Source: Candidatus Sumerlaeaceae bacterium
Lineage (GTDB): Bacteria; Sumerlaeota; Sumerlaeia; Sumerlaeales; Sumerlaeaceae
DNA: 64,000 bases
Reading direction: 5' to 3'
NCBI GenBank assembly: GCA_051003195.1
Contig: JBPCLP010000020.1
Coordinates: forward strand, 1-64,000
Of the stretch, positions 29,175 through 39,501 are shown one piece after another (position 1 is the stretch's first letter; each line of letters starts with the position of its first letter). A program made the translations under genes and the position numbers. The notes below the pieces were generated by a model. That model was not told the origin of the DNA. It saw only the letters and a list, made by a program, of their open reading frames with translations, and ran no database searches.

Positions 29175-29936
29175 ATGACAAACTCGTTCGTCTTCATTTC
29201 GGGTATTGATGGCACTGCGGATCTTTTTCGCAGCTATGAATCGCGTTTGCGTCAGCTGGGCTATTCTGTACTTTTTTATGAGCATGCGCACATCCGTTGC
29301 TGGGGCGAGTGCGCGGACCTCGAGCGGTTTGCCGCCGAGGTAAAGGCGATGATCGATAAAGCTGGCACAACCCCGGCGATCGTCTGCGGCGAGTCCTTCG
29401 GCGGACCGATCGCACTGACCTTCGCCCGCGTGTACCCGGACCACGCCGCTGCACTCGTTCTTCTCGGCACGTTCGCACATCTGCCGTTTCGCAGGCGGGC
29501 ATGGTTGGCTCGTACTTTCGGGCGCCAGCTTTACTTGCTTGCAAGCCTGCTCCCAGGATGGACTCTGCGGTTCAGCCGCCGCATCTATAATCCGGCGGTT
29601 GCGCGTTCCGAGCCACGCGCGTTACGCGAAGCTGTTCGCAAGAAAGTGAGCCCCACCCTGTCGACCTATCTTTTCAAGGCGTGCCTCGCATTAAGCTTTG
29701 ATGCTCGTCGGTGGCTGCCGGGCATCCGCATGCCTTCGCTGGTCATCGCAGGCGAAAAGGATCGCCTCATCCCGCCTCAATGCTCCTGCGAGATTGCAGG
29801 TCTCTTGCAAAATGCGCGGCTCGTTACAATTCCAAATAGCGGCCACCTCAGCCACTACGCGTATCCGGAGAAATTCTGGGCCGCCCTTGAGCCGTTCCTT
29901 AAATCCGTTCATGACCGGAGCCACATCCATGTCTGA
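29175..29936 (+). CDS. Alpha/beta hydrolase
   Basis: SGIDG oxyanion region, GESFGG nucleophile elbow, GEKDRL Asp, SGHL His. Confidence 0.85.
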   Translation: MTNSFVFISGIDGTADLFRSYESRLRQLGYSVLFYEHAHIRCWGECADLERFAAEVKAMIDKAGTTPAIVCGESFGGPIALTFARVYPDHAAALVLLGTFAHLPFRRRAWLARTFGRQLYLLASLLPGWTLRFSRRIYNPAVARSEPRALREAVRKKVSPTLSTYLFKACLALSFDARRWLPGIRMPSLVIAGEKDRLIPPQCSCEIAGLLQNARLVTIPNSGHLSHYAYPEKFWAALEPFLKSVHDRSHIHV

Positions 29937-29985
29937 AGTTTTTGTATTGCCGCCCCCTACTCTAGGCAAAATGGTGCCGAGAGAC

Positions 29986-30780
29986 ATGTCCGATCAAAAG
30001 CATAAGATATGGACCACGCTGCGCGAGGAAGTCGCGGCCGACGCTGCCGCTGAGCCCATACTCGCCAGTTTCCTGTACGCCACCGTTCTTAACCACAGCA
30101 GTTTCGAGGAAGCGATCAGCTTTCTGCTGGCGTCGAAACTCTCCAGTGCGACCATCCACCCAATCACCTTTCGCGACGTCATGGTGAGCGCACACGAGGC
30201 GGATCCCCGGATCGCTGAAGCCGCAATCGTCGACCTGGTTGCGGTGCGCGAACGAGACGCGGCGTGCCGCGGCTATTCGCAGCCATTTCTCTACTTCAAA
30301 GGTTACCAGGCGCTGCAAACGTATCGCATCAGCCACTACCTGTGGCACGCCGGCAGGCATGCACTGGCTTTGCATCTGCAGAGTCGCATGTCTGAAACGT
30401 TTGCGATCGACATTCATCCGGCCGCGCGAATCGGGCGCGGGATTATGATGGATCACGGTACAGGCGTGGTGATCGGCGAAACCGCCGTGGTCGAAGATGA
30501 CGTATCGATCATGCACGAGGTTACGCTGGGTGGCACCGGGAAGCATGGCGGCGACCGCCATCCCAAGGTTCGCAAAGGTAGCCTCATCAGCGTTGGTGCA
30601 AAGATACTCGGGAATATCGAGATCGGCGAGCGCGCCAAAGTCGGTGGTGGTGCCGTGGTGCTGCAATCAGTAGCACCGCACACGACGGTTGCGGGCATTC
30701 CCGCGCGCCCGGTCGGTCATCCCCGCGCGAACATACCCGCAAAAGAAATGGACCAGGGCTTCACGGGCGAGGGCATCTAG
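29986..30780 (+). CDS. cysE: Serine O-acetyltransferase
   Basis: RDAAC, YFKGYQALQTYR, DIHPAARIGRGIMMDHGTGVVIGET, TLGGTGK..GDRHPK. Confidence 0.96.
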   Translation: MSDQKHKIWTTLREEVAADAAAEPILASFLYATVLNHSSFEEAISFLLASKLSSATIHPITFRDVMVSAHEADPRIAEAAIVDLVAVRERDAACRGYSQPFLYFKGYQALQTYRISHYLWHAGRHALALHLQSRMSETFAIDIHPAARIGRGIMMDHGTGVVIGETAVVEDDVSIMHEVTLGGTGKHGGDRHPKVRKGSLISVGAKILGNIEIGERAKVGGGAVVLQSVAPHTTVAGIPARPVGHPRANIPAKEMDQGFTGEGI

Positions 30781-30794
30781 GTGTAGGACTATCG

Positions 30795-32327
30795 TTAGTT
30801 CGTAATCAGTTCTGTGTGGCGAATCGAGGTCGGCTTCAACAGCACGAATTTGCCACCGCCTTCCGCGAGAAACTGGTTCTCAAAAACTTCTGCGACATCG
30901 TAATTAGCCTGGATCGCCTGCATGATCTCGGCGCCAAACCGCTGGCTGGCATGATGTGTAAGAAGAATACCGCCGTATTGCTTCTGGTTCAGCCGTCTCA
31001 CAACCGGTGCCGGGTTCCAGCGTCCGTCCGCCTCCAGCTTACGAAGCATGTACGGCAGGTACTCCACATCACTACCGGCGAGCAGGGTGAAACCGGTGAG
31101 CTCGCAAAGTACGGGATGCGGCACCTGTTTCAGCTTTGCAATAATGGCTTCCGCGGAATGCGCCTGCTCCCGGCTCGCGTACTCCGTAGGCCCGCGCATC
31201 AGCAGCACGGCATTCGCCAGCAGTGCAAGCACCGCGAAACTGCCTGCAATTCGCGCCGTGGCCTTCGCAGAAAGTACTGTGCCCGCACCGACGGCCGCAA
31301 GTGCACACAGCGGCCAGATGAGGTCGAAGAAGTAGTTTCGGTCGGCGCCATCATTACCACTCAGCAACGCGTTCGGAATTCCGGCCGCCATGGCTGTTAG
31401 AAGAATCCAAAGCTCTTTACGCCCGGCCGATACGAGCGTCAGTATCCCGGCAGCCGCGCTCACGAGATATAGAGCATGCGTCTCCAGGAATGCACCAACC
31501 CAGCCTCGCATTGTGGAGAACGACAGCTCCCTGCTCGTGAGCTGAAAGATGTCCTTCCAGAACCAGCCCTTCGTTGCGACATTGAGGCCGAGATACGCAG
31601 CAGCAGTTACTGCCAGCCAGAGGGTCAGAAAGATGATCCCAAGTCGCCGCTGCCGAATGCCAAAGATCACGGTGCAAGTCAGCCCGCCTGCGATCATGTT
31701 CTGCTTTACCAGCATCGCCAGGACACAGCACACCAGCGCCGCAGCCATCGCGATCCGGTCCCGCCGCACACAGATGGCAATTGCGACCGCGGCCGAGCAA
31801 AATGCCCGGCCAGTCATGTCCACCCGGGCAAGGGCGCACCAGATGTCGATGAACAGCGAGTTGAACCAAAGCAGCATTGCCAGCACGGCGATTGCCCAGC
31901 TTTGCCCGAGCCGGCGAACTACGAGTGCAAGCGATGCCGCCGAGACGCAACCCGCGATCAGCGAAACCAGTCGCGGCCAGAGAAAACTCGAGCCGCCCGC
32001 CAATGCACTCAGTAGCTGGTAGAGAGGTGGATAAGTCGCCATCCAGAACGGCGGCTGCGCAGGATCAAGATAGAGCGATTTGCCATGCGCCACGCGCCAG
32101 CCCTCATACAGCAACACACCCTCACCGAAGTTGGCTTCACCCGGATAGGAGAGCATGCTGATCCAACCTGCCAGGTTGTGCAGCATGGCAGGAGCAAATG
32201 CGGCAACGCAAATCCATGGAATCCACGCCGACCATCGCAGCCAGTGTGTTGAGCTGGCACCGGGTGTGTCTGCCGGTCCCGTAGAAGTACGCGGGCGCTT
32301 CTTTCCACGCCGCTGCTGCCCCGCCAT
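30795..32327 (-). CDS. GT-C (PMT_2/ArnT-like) membrane glycosyltransferase
   Basis: NFGEG loop, YPPLYQ, ARVDM, VKQN; many TM helices plus a C-terminal soluble domain. Confidence 0.7.
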   Translation of the reverse strand: MAGQQRRGKKRPRTSTGPADTPGASSTHWLRWSAWIPWICVAAFAPAMLHNLAGWISMLSYPGEANFGEGVLLYEGWRVAHGKSLYLDPAQPPFWMATYPPLYQLLSALAGGSSFLWPRLVSLIAGCVSAASLALVVRRLGQSWAIAVLAMLLWFNSLFIDIWCALARVDMTGRAFCSAAVAIAICVRRDRIAMAAALVCCVLAMLVKQNMIAGGLTCTVIFGIRQRRLGIIFLTLWLAVTAAAYLGLNVATKGWFWKDIFQLTSRELSFSTMRGWVGAFLETHALYLVSAAAGILTLVSAGRKELWILLTAMAAGIPNALLSGNDGADRNYFFDLIWPLCALAAVGAGTVLSAKATARIAGSFAVLALLANAVLLMRGPTEYASREQAHSAEAIIAKLKQVPHPVLCELTGFTLLAGSDVEYLPYMLRKLEADGRWNPAPVVRRLNQKQYGGILLTHHASQRFGAEIMQAIQANYDVAEVFENQFLAEGGGKFVLLKPTSIRHTELITN

Positions 32328-32332
32328 CCGCT

Positions 32333-33004
32333 TTACCCCCGAGCTTGCCGCAACCGCTCGAGCGGAGCGAGAAACGGATTGCTGCGGCGCTCCGCACCAA
32401 CCGTTGTTGCCGGGCCATGCCCCGGATAGACCTGCATATCATCGGCCAGCGGCAAAAACTTGTCCGCAATCGACTGAAATAAAACCTCTTCATTGCCGCC
32501 CGGCAAATCCCACCGACCCACTGCTCCTGCGAATACAAGATCTCCGCCCATGAGAATGCGATTCGCACGATTCAACAGAATGCACGAGCCCGGCGAATGA
32601 CCGGGAGTGTGAGACACCTCGAACTGCAATTTTCCGCTGCCAATGGTCTGCCCGTCGGCGTACAGGAAATCCGGTTTATGTTCGCGATAGGGCAGGCCAA
32701 TCCACTGTGCACCACAAAGCACCGCGCTGTCCAGCATCGGCGCATCCAACCCGTGAACCCCAATGCGGGCACGAGTCAAATCCCGCAGTTCTGCATTTGC
32801 GCCAATGTGGTCAATATGTCCATGCGTGTTGAGAATCAATTGCGGACAGAGTTTCTGCTCCGACAAAAACGCCCAGATGCGCTCGACCTCTCCACCTGGA
32901 TCGATAACGACGCAATCCGCGTCGCCGTTCCACAGAACGTAGCAGTTCTCCTCAAGCGGAGTGACCACCAGGGTGTGTATCTGGACGTCGGGTTTGCCAG
33001 GCAC
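32333..33004 (-). CDS. MBL-fold hydrolase (glyoxalase II / YcbL-like)
   Basis: NCY, IDPGG, THGHIDHIG, HTPGHSPG, GDLVF, YPGHG. Confidence 0.9.
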   Translation of the reverse strand: MPGKPDVQIHTLVVTPLEENCYVLWNGDADCVVIDPGGEVERIWAFLSEQKLCPQLILNTHGHIDHIGANAELRDLTRARIGVHGLDAPMLDSAVLCGAQWIGLPYREHKPDFLYADGQTIGSGKLQFEVSHTPGHSPGSCILLNRANRILMGGDLVFAGAVGRWDLPGGNEEVLFQSIADKFLPLADDMQVYPGHGPATTVGAERRSNPFLAPLERLRQARG

Positions 33005-33009
33005 GGCGA

Positions 33010-33834
33010 TTACAGCTCGTCCGCGAAATCGCGCGCGAGCCGGCGAAACAAAAGCCAGCCAGTGACAGTAAGCGCCGTTGCAACCACAGCGGCAATACCC
33101 AGGAACAGCAAGAGACGAGCATCCGATATTTCGACACTGCCTCCATGATATAATGTTACTCGCCGAACGCCGACGAGAATGGGTGCAACAGGGTTCAACA
33201 TGTACGCGGCAGCCCACATCGGCCCGAGTTTCTCATGAAGCTTCGCATAGGCGGTCGTGAGAGGATAAATGACCGGCGTAATATAAAAAAGCGCCATGCC
33301 GCCAAGCTCGAGAGCGCTGCCGACATCGCGGTAGTACACATTCAGCGATGATAAATAAAGCGCGGCCCCAAGTACAAGCAGCGCCTCCAGCGCGATGATC
33401 ACCGGCAACAGCAGCAGCTCCCAATGAAACCCAATACCGCTGACGAGCAGAAGCACCAGCACCAGCAGCATGGCCAAAGCGAAGTGAACTCCGTTCGCCA
33501 GTATTGCGGAAATGGGGAAGACCTCTGCATCCAGCCGAACTTTCTTAAGCAGGTTTGCGTTAATGGTGAGCGAGTGCGTAGCGTCGGTCAACGCACCCAG
33601 AAAAAAATTCCACGCGAGCACGCCAACGAGGACGTGCATCCAGTACGGCACGGGCAGACCCCCAAACTGGTTCGGAAGTATTTTATAAAATACGACCCAC
33701 AGAATGAAAGTTAGAAACGCAGGGCGCAGCAGCGACCAGAAAAATCCCAGCACACTATCCTTATAGCGCGCTTTAAGATCACGTTTTGCCAGGCTGAGTA
33801 CCAGCTCGAGCTGCTGGCGAAACGGACGGGTCAA
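33010..33834 (-). CDS. Wzm-type polysaccharide ABC exporter permease
   Basis: RDLKARYKDSVLGFFWSLLRP, YYRDV, FYITPVIYP, LNP, FADEL C-terminus. Confidence 0.92.
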   Translation of the reverse strand: MTRPFRQQLELVLSLAKRDLKARYKDSVLGFFWSLLRPAFLTFILWVVFYKILPNQFGGLPVPYWMHVLVGVLAWNFFLGALTDATHSLTINANLLKKVRLDAEVFPISAILANGVHFALAMLLVLVLLLVSGIGFHWELLLLPVIIALEALLVLGAALYLSSLNVYYRDVGSALELGGMALFYITPVIYPLTTAYAKLHEKLGPMWAAAYMLNPVAPILVGVRRVTLYHGGSVEISDARLLLFLGIAAVVATALTVTGWLLFRRLARDFADEL

Positions 33835-35081
33835 CCCGCGAGTGCCCCGGCCGAGGGTGCCGCGTTCGCAGTGCCGCATTCTGGCTGCCGCGCTTCTATC
33901 GTCGTACTTGTGTCGGCGCCCATCTTTTCGTACAACTGCATGATTGCGCGAACGTTACATTCCCACGTGTAGCGCTCCAGCACACGTTCCCTGGCTGCGG
34001 CACCACGCACTTTTGCGGCCTCAGGATTCTCAAGGCACTCTATGATTCGCTGGGCCATTCCGTTTCCGTCGCCACGTTCGAAAAATAAACCCGCCTGTTC
34101 GTTGTGCCCGAACACCTCGTTCACCGACGGCGAACGCGCAGCGACGATTGGTTTCTCCATGGCGGCAAACTCAAAGAACTTGGTCGGAGACGACCAATCC
34201 TGCGTGTCCGCAATCAGGCAAACGTCCATTGCAGCTAGAAAAGAGGGGACGCGATGATGGGGAATGCTGCCATAGAAATTCAAGTGCTGCTCAAGTTTCT
34301 CTTCGCTTGCCCGGGCGCGTAATCGCTCAACGCGTTCATCCTCTCCACCTACGGCCAGTATCGTGCATGGCACATTGTGGTCTCGAAAATATCGGGCCGC
34401 ATGAAAGAACAGGTCGACTCCGTGCCACGCGGTCAGCGTTCCGGCGTAGCCAGCTACCTTGCGCCCTTTAGCCAGCCGACGGACCTCTTCTGCCGGCTCG
34501 ACCGACGGATGAAATATATCCGCATCCACCGCCACAGGTGAGATCACGAACCCTGTCATCTTCTTTTCGTCCAGCCGCGCCGATTCGATCATAAGGCGTT
34601 TCAGTGTTTCTGAAACACAGATGATCGCCCCTTCGCGCCGCCAGAGCGAATTCTCCACATGTTGCGCTATGCCAGGCCAGTGCAGCCGGTCCCGCTGTTC
34701 CCGCGCCAATAACGTGTTCACCTCCAGGATGCGCGGCATGTTAAATCCGCGGCACACCCGCTGGCCTGCAGTCTGGTACAAGGAATAGCGCTCGTAAACA
34801 GCATGCGGTTTGATATCCTTGATCAGCTGTACCAATCGCGTTCGAATGCGGCGATTCAGTCCAATGTAGCGCAGATCCGACCCCAGCCACCTGGCTCGCG
34901 GGGGTTTCACCTGGACCACAGGAACATATACGTGGCTCAGCTCACCCGGCGTGGGTGTCACAAGCGTGACCTCATGGCCAAACCGCTGCAGGGCATGGCA
35001 TGTCTCGCGAACGTGAGTTGCCGCGCCCTTACGGCCGCCAATCTCGACGCCAATATCCCCGCTGATGTAGATTATCCGCAT
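33831..35081 (-). CDS. Glycosyltransferase family 4
   Basis: GAATHV, VYERYS, YAGTLTAWHG, SPTKFFEFAAMEKPIV. Confidence 0.9.
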   Translation of the reverse strand: MRIIYISGDIGVEIGGRKGAATHVRETCHALQRFGHEVTLVTPTPGELSHVYVPVVQVKPPRARWLGSDLRYIGLNRRIRTRLVQLIKDIKPHAVYERYSLYQTAGQRVCRGFNMPRILEVNTLLAREQRDRLHWPGIAQHVENSLWRREGAIICVSETLKRLMIESARLDEKKMTGFVISPVAVDADIFHPSVEPAEEVRRLAKGRKVAGYAGTLTAWHGVDLFFHAARYFRDHNVPCTILAVGGEDERVERLRARASEEKLEQHLNFYGSIPHHRVPSFLAAMDVCLIADTQDWSSPTKFFEFAAMEKPIVAARSPSVNEVFGHNEQAGLFFERGDGNGMAQRIIECLENPEAAKVRGAAARERVLERYTWECNVRAIMQLYEKMGADTSTTIEARQPECGTANAAPSAGALAG

Positions 35082-35189
35082 GCGGCAGTTTCGTGGGACG
35101 TTGTGGATACCGTGCTGCTCATTCGCTCATGTGTGCAGGCGGGCACGCTCGCAGCGCAAGAACGAGTTTTTGTCAGTCCAATAGAATGT

Positions 35190-35669
35190 TCAGGCGGCAG
35201 AAAATAAAACAGCCGGCTCCGCAGCCGAGGCTATCGCGTAACAGGCAACCGGCTGAGACTCCGGAAGCATACTGGTTTGCGGACCTGGAGCGTTAAAGGC
35301 GAGAGTCGCCGCGGCCGCGATACCCACCGCGATGGCGCCAAGCGTCAAAATCATTAAAACGTAACCGGTTGTGCGCAGTGCGACGGAATCCGTCGCAGTA
35401 AACTTATCCCGAAGCACCTGAATGCTGCGAAACGCGCTCTTCTTTTCTGCTTCGCGATCAAGGCGTTCGGCAAGGCTGCGCGAAAACTCGCGCCACTGCG
35501 AGGAACTGGGCTGCTCCGGTTTGTAATGTTGGAGTATCCGAAAAGCCGGCGAAACCTCCACAAGCTCTTCCTCCGATGCGCGGCGGATCTTCAGCCGGAC
35601 GCCTGTCGGGGTGTGGTTGCCCGGCGCTTGTTTGTGTTCCTGCCTGAGTCGGTCCGATGGTGTATTCAT
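35190..35669 (-). CDS. Putative single-TM anti-sigma factor
   Basis: Overlaps the stop of the ECF sigma gene (ATGA); cytoplasmic N-terminus followed by one TM helix. Confidence 0.5.
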   Translation of the reverse strand: MNTPSDRLRQEHKQAPGNHTPTGVRLKIRRASEEELVEVSPAFRILQHYKPEQPSSSQWREFSRSLAERLDREAEKKSAFRSIQVLRDKFTATDSVALRTTGYVLMILTLGAIAVGIAAAATLAFNAPGPQTSMLPESQPVACYAIASAAEPAVLFSAA

Positions 35670-36301
35670 ATGGGTCTTATATCCCTCAGTATGTCCCTTA
35701 GACGCATCTGGGCACGGTGGAGATGACGCTTAACTGCACCGTCGCTGCATTTTAATACGTCAGCAATCTCTTTGAGCTCGAGGTCCTGGTAATAGCGCAA
35801 TACAAAAACGTCGCGCTGGCGAGCGGAGATTTGCTCCAAGCCTGACAGGATACGCCGTTGAATTTGCTTCTGATACACAGATTCCCGCTGACGTGGGTCA
35901 ACAGTGCCTTCCGGCGGCGGGGCCTGCGTGTCCTCGGTCCCGTCATCCGGGACTTCAGACAGCGAAATATTTCCCCAATGGCGTTTTTCACGCCGGATAT
36001 GGTCGATACAGGAGTTTAAGACAATGCGGTGCAGCCATGTGGAAAACTTTGCCCGGCCTTTATACGAGGAGAGCGCCCTGAAGGCGCGCATAAACACTTC
36101 CTGCGAAACATCCATGGCGTCATCGGTGTTACGGGTTAATTGCCATGCAGTGGCGTATACCTGGTCGCGGTAGAGGAAGACGATCTCGTCGAATGCTTCC
36201 CGATTTCCCGCCACGGCAAGCTGGACCAGCGGCAGCACTTCGGGTTCTCCCATCTTTGACGCAGGGGTACGGGAGGAGTCGTGGGCACCGGCAAAGGACA
36301 T
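35666..36301 (-). CDS. ECF sigma-70 family RNA polymerase sigma factor
   Basis: Region 2 DAMDVSQEVFMRAF...FSTWLHRI; region 4 LKEIADVLKCSDGAVKRHLHRA. Confidence 0.93.
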   Translation of the reverse strand: MSFAGAHDSSRTPASKMGEPEVLPLVQLAVAGNREAFDEIVFLYRDQVYATAWQLTRNTDDAMDVSQEVFMRAFRALSSYKGRAKFSTWLHRIVLNSCIDHIRREKRHWGNISLSEVPDDGTEDTQAPPPEGTVDPRQRESVYQKQIQRRILSGLEQISARQRDVFVLRYYQDLELKEIADVLKCSDGAVKRHLHRAQMRLRDILRDIRPI

Positions 36302-36366
36302 GGTTCTAACTCGAAAAGTAAGTAACAGGACATTAACTACGCCAGCAAAAAAGCGTAGGGCAAGCC

Positions 36367-36864
36367 TTACAGGGAGCGAGCCATGGACGCCAGCGCACGC
36401 TCACTGGGATAACTTTGTGCGTAGTACAACATGCCTGCAATGCCAAAGCCCAGCAAAACAGCCGCCTGGCCATTCAGGAGGAAGAGAACAAAGCCGAGGA
36501 TTACCACAGCTTCGCTCAACAGCATCAGCTTGAACGTACGGCGTGTATAGATGCGCAACAGTTGATAAGTGCTCTTGGCAGTTCGGCGCATTTCCTCTTC
36601 GTGCTTACGCCGAACCAGGAACATGACACCCTGCACCGCCAGCGCCAGGACGGCGCAACACATGACAGCTGCGCGATACTGGCCCATGGGCAATTGCGCA
36701 AACCCCATGTCTTTCGCGGTGAAATACATCTGCTGGATGAACTGTGAAAAGAGCATGTAAAGAATGGGGCTGGCGCAGCAAAGGCCCCAGGTAATCTTTA
36801 AACGGTTTAAATCATCACGGACGGACTCGAGTTGTGGGTAGCGAGGGACTGCCTGACCATTCAT
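36367..36864 (-). CDS. Hypothetical membrane protein (about 4 TM)
   Basis: Hydrophobic segments; co-oriented with neighbours. Confidence 0.65.
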   Translation of the reverse strand: MNGQAVPRYPQLESVRDDLNRLKITWGLCCASPILYMLFSQFIQQMYFTAKDMGFAQLPMGQYRAAVMCCAVLALAVQGVMFLVRRKHEEEMRRTAKSTYQLLRIYTRRTFKLMLLSEAVVILGFVLFLLNGQAAVLLGFGIAGMLYYAQSYPSERALASMARSL

Positions 36865-37041
36865 TTTACAACACCAACCTGGTTTAGAGATAAAGCGATA
36901 TCGACGTTAAAACAGACGCCGCGCCGTTTCAAGCGCAATCTTGCGTCAGGCGCGCGGCAAAAGAAGGGTCTAGCAAAAAGGGGAAGTAACAGCGTTTCCG
37001 GGCGGGTAACTCGTGCTTAAAGCCCGGGAATCGAAAGGGGT

Positions 37042-37314
37042 TTATGCGGTCTCAGCTGCCGCTGCTGCGGGACGGATGTGGATGACGCGACGGCCGCGGC
37101 TCTCCGCATATTCCACAACACCGCTGATCTTGGCAAACAGGGTATCGTCCTTGCCACGGCCAACGTTTACGCCGGGGTGAAACTTCGTGCCGCGCTGCCG
37201 CATCAGAATGCTGCCACCGGGCACCGTCTGCCCGCCAAATGCCTTGGCGCCGAGCCGCTGGGAATTACTGTCGCGGCCGTTTCGGGAACTGCCTACGCCT
37301 TTTTTGTGTGCCAT
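37042..37314 (-). CDS. rpmA: 50S ribosomal protein L27
   Basis: [32 protein letters not shown]. Confidence 0.98.
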   Translation of the reverse strand: MAHKKGVGSSRNGRDSNSQRLGAKAFGGQTVPGGSILMRQRGTKFHPGVNVGRGKDDTLFAKISGVVEYAESRGRRVIHIRPAAAAAETA

Positions 37315-37361
37315 TTCAATCTGCTCCGTAAATACTTGTAAGGGGTTTGATTCGGGCCGGT

Positions 37362-37676
37362 TTACTGGCCGCCGCTGATTTCGCCAATCTGGACGTCTGT
37401 GTAGTCCTGGCGGTGGCCGCGCATCTTTTCATAGCCCTGCCGGCGTTTAAACTTATACACGAGAATCTTCTTCTCGCGGCCATGGCGCAGGATCTTCGCC
37501 GTGACTTTCGCATCCGAAACAAGCGGAGCGCCAAACTTCGGGCTGTCTCCGCCGAGGGTCAAAACCTCATTAAATTCAACATTGCTGCCGATTTCGCCTT
37601 CGAGATTATGAAGGCGCAAAACCTGGCCAGGGTTGACTTTGTATTGCTTGCCGCCCGTGCGAATGACCGCGTACAT
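37362..37676 (-). CDS. rplU: 50S ribosomal protein L21
   Basis: [21 protein letters not shown]; directly upstream of rpmA. Confidence 0.98.
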   Translation of the reverse strand: MYAVIRTGGKQYKVNPGQVLRLHNLEGEIGSNVEFNEVLTLGGDSPKFGAPLVSDAKVTAKILRHGREKKILVYKFKRRQGYEKMRGHRQDYTDVQIGEISGGQ

Positions 37677-37762
37677 GTTTCTGATTCCTCTGAGTTTATG
37701 CTTGCGCAATGCATCGCATCGCCGCTGAAGCCAACGTACCTACCGGGCCCCCACCGCCGTAT

Positions 37763-39061
37763 TCATGCACGCTGGGATTGATCTGCGTCACCCGCCTTGA
37801 CGAACAACAGTACAATGGCGCCGGCGAAAAATAGCAGCGACAGCGCCAATATCGAGGCACGCGAGTTTCCGGTCAGCTTGCCCGCGACGCCCATCAGCAT
37901 GGGCCCAATCAAGGTGGCAAAGCGGCCAAGCATATTATAGAAACCGAAAAACTCGGTTACCCTGTCCTGGGGGATCAAGCGTGCGTAGAACGCGCGGCTG
38001 AGTGATTGCACGCCACCTTGCACCAGACCGATCGCGATCGCAAGCCCGTAAAATTCCTTCTCACTCGTCATATACGCGCCCCAGAAAGTGACGAAGCAAT
38101 AGACCGCCAGTCCCACGTAAATGCCCGCGCGAGTGCCAATTTTGTCGCCCAGCCGGCCAAAAGCGATTGCTGCCGGGAAACCGACGAACTGCACAATAAG
38201 CAGGGCCTTAATCAGGCTGTCAGTGGAGAACTTCAGCGAGGCTCCGTAGTCGACCGCCATCACTACAATGGTATTCACCCCGTCTATGTACAGCCAGTAG
38301 GCCAGCAGGAAGAGCATGACGGGCTTCAGCGTTCGGACATGTCGGAATGTTTCGCGCAACTGCCGCAGGCCGGCGCCGATCGCGTCGCGCATCGGGGCGC
38401 GGTTCACCACCTTGGGCTCTGGCACGTTGAGGATCAGCGGCAATGTGAAGAAAAGCCACCATCCCGCAACGATCAGGAAGCTTGCACGCACGGCCGATGC
38501 TTTGTCTGCGATGCCGAACAACTCCGGCTTGAGTGTGAGAAATACGTTAAAGGCAAACAGGAGCCCGCCGCCAAGGTAACCCATTGCAAAGCCGAGTGCC
38601 GAAATGCGATCGGTGCTTCGACCGCGCGCCATGTCCACCAGCATGGAATCCGAAAACACATTCGCTCCAAGATACCCGATGATGCCGATCATGAAAACCA
38701 GGCCGGCTACCTGGTAATTTCCGTAACCCACGAAGTGAAGCCCGGCTGAGGCCACAATGCCAATACTGGCAAAGAAGAGCAGAAAACGTTTCTTTACCCC
38801 ACCGCGGTCCGCAATTGCACCGAGTATCGGAGCAAGCAGCGCCAGCACCAGTCCGGCACCTGAATTGAACATGCCAAGTTCGTAAGTGCTCTGAGTCGCC
38901 GGCACATCCGGGCGCCAATAGCTTTTGTAAAAGATCGGAAAGAATGAAGCCAGTACGGTTGTGGCGAAAGCGTGGTTGGCCCAGTCGTAAAATGCCCATG
39001 AAATAATTTTCTTCATGGGCGGACGCTGGACCATCGCCGCCGGAGTATCGGTGCTCATCAC
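37763..39061 (-). CDS. MFS transporter, UMF1/Atg22-like
   Basis: SWAFYDWAN, GAIADRG, MGYLGGG, QSLSRAFY, EFFGFY. Confidence 0.9.
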   Translation of the reverse strand: MMSTDTPAAMVQRPPMKKIISWAFYDWANHAFATTVLASFFPIFYKSYWRPDVPATQSTYELGMFNSGAGLVLALLAPILGAIADRGGVKKRFLLFFASIGIVASAGLHFVGYGNYQVAGLVFMIGIIGYLGANVFSDSMLVDMARGRSTDRISALGFAMGYLGGGLLFAFNVFLTLKPELFGIADKASAVRASFLIVAGWWLFFTLPLILNVPEPKVVNRAPMRDAIGAGLRQLRETFRHVRTLKPVMLFLLAYWLYIDGVNTIVVMAVDYGASLKFSTDSLIKALLIVQFVGFPAAIAFGRLGDKIGTRAGIYVGLAVYCFVTFWGAYMTSEKEFYGLAIAIGLVQGGVQSLSRAFYARLIPQDRVTEFFGFYNMLGRFATLIGPMLMGVAGKLTGNSRASILALSLLFFAGAIVLLFVKAGDADQSQRA

Positions 39062-39227
39062 GCGGGAAGAATCAGAAAGAACACAGTTGAAGCAATGGCA
39101 AAGTCTGGCTCAGCCGAGCACGCACAAAACGGGCGATCTGCACCGCCGCAGTACCGGTGCAGATTCGGGCCGTGCAGATTCGGGCGGTGCGGCTACGGTT
39201 GCGGTGCGACTTCCAATTGGGCGCCTG

Positions 39228-39422
39228 TCATTTCGCATCGATCTCCACAAACAGGATTCGAAATGAACCCTCGCCATGGCGTTCCGCAAACACGCGCTTC
39301 AGCTCAACGGAGGTCAGCACCTCGTGTACCTCCTCGGCCTTTGTCAGCAGCGCCTGTCGCACAGCGTCCTCGAACGCTTCCTGGATCGACATGTTGATCG
39401 ACTTACCTGTAAATTTTGGCAT
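39228..39422 (-). CDS. Small protein, possibly dodecin-like fold
   Basis: 64 aa; FTGKS...SIQEAFEDAVRQA followed by beta strands; AAGGAAAG upstream. Confidence 0.55.
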   Translation of the reverse strand: MPKFTGKSINMSIQEAFEDAVRQALLTKAEEVHEVLTSVELKRVFAERHGEGSFRILFVEIDAK

Positions 39423-39501
39423 GGATGTCTGCTTTCCTTTATTCTCACCCGAAACCGGGTCCGAAGTCTTTGCCAGATAGCTCCTGCGGATCACTTCGAC
39501 G

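Noticed and set aside
37042..37676. rplU-rpmA without an intervening prp protease gene
   Set aside because: L27 begins MAHKKG with no N-terminal extension, so this is the ordinary arrangement.
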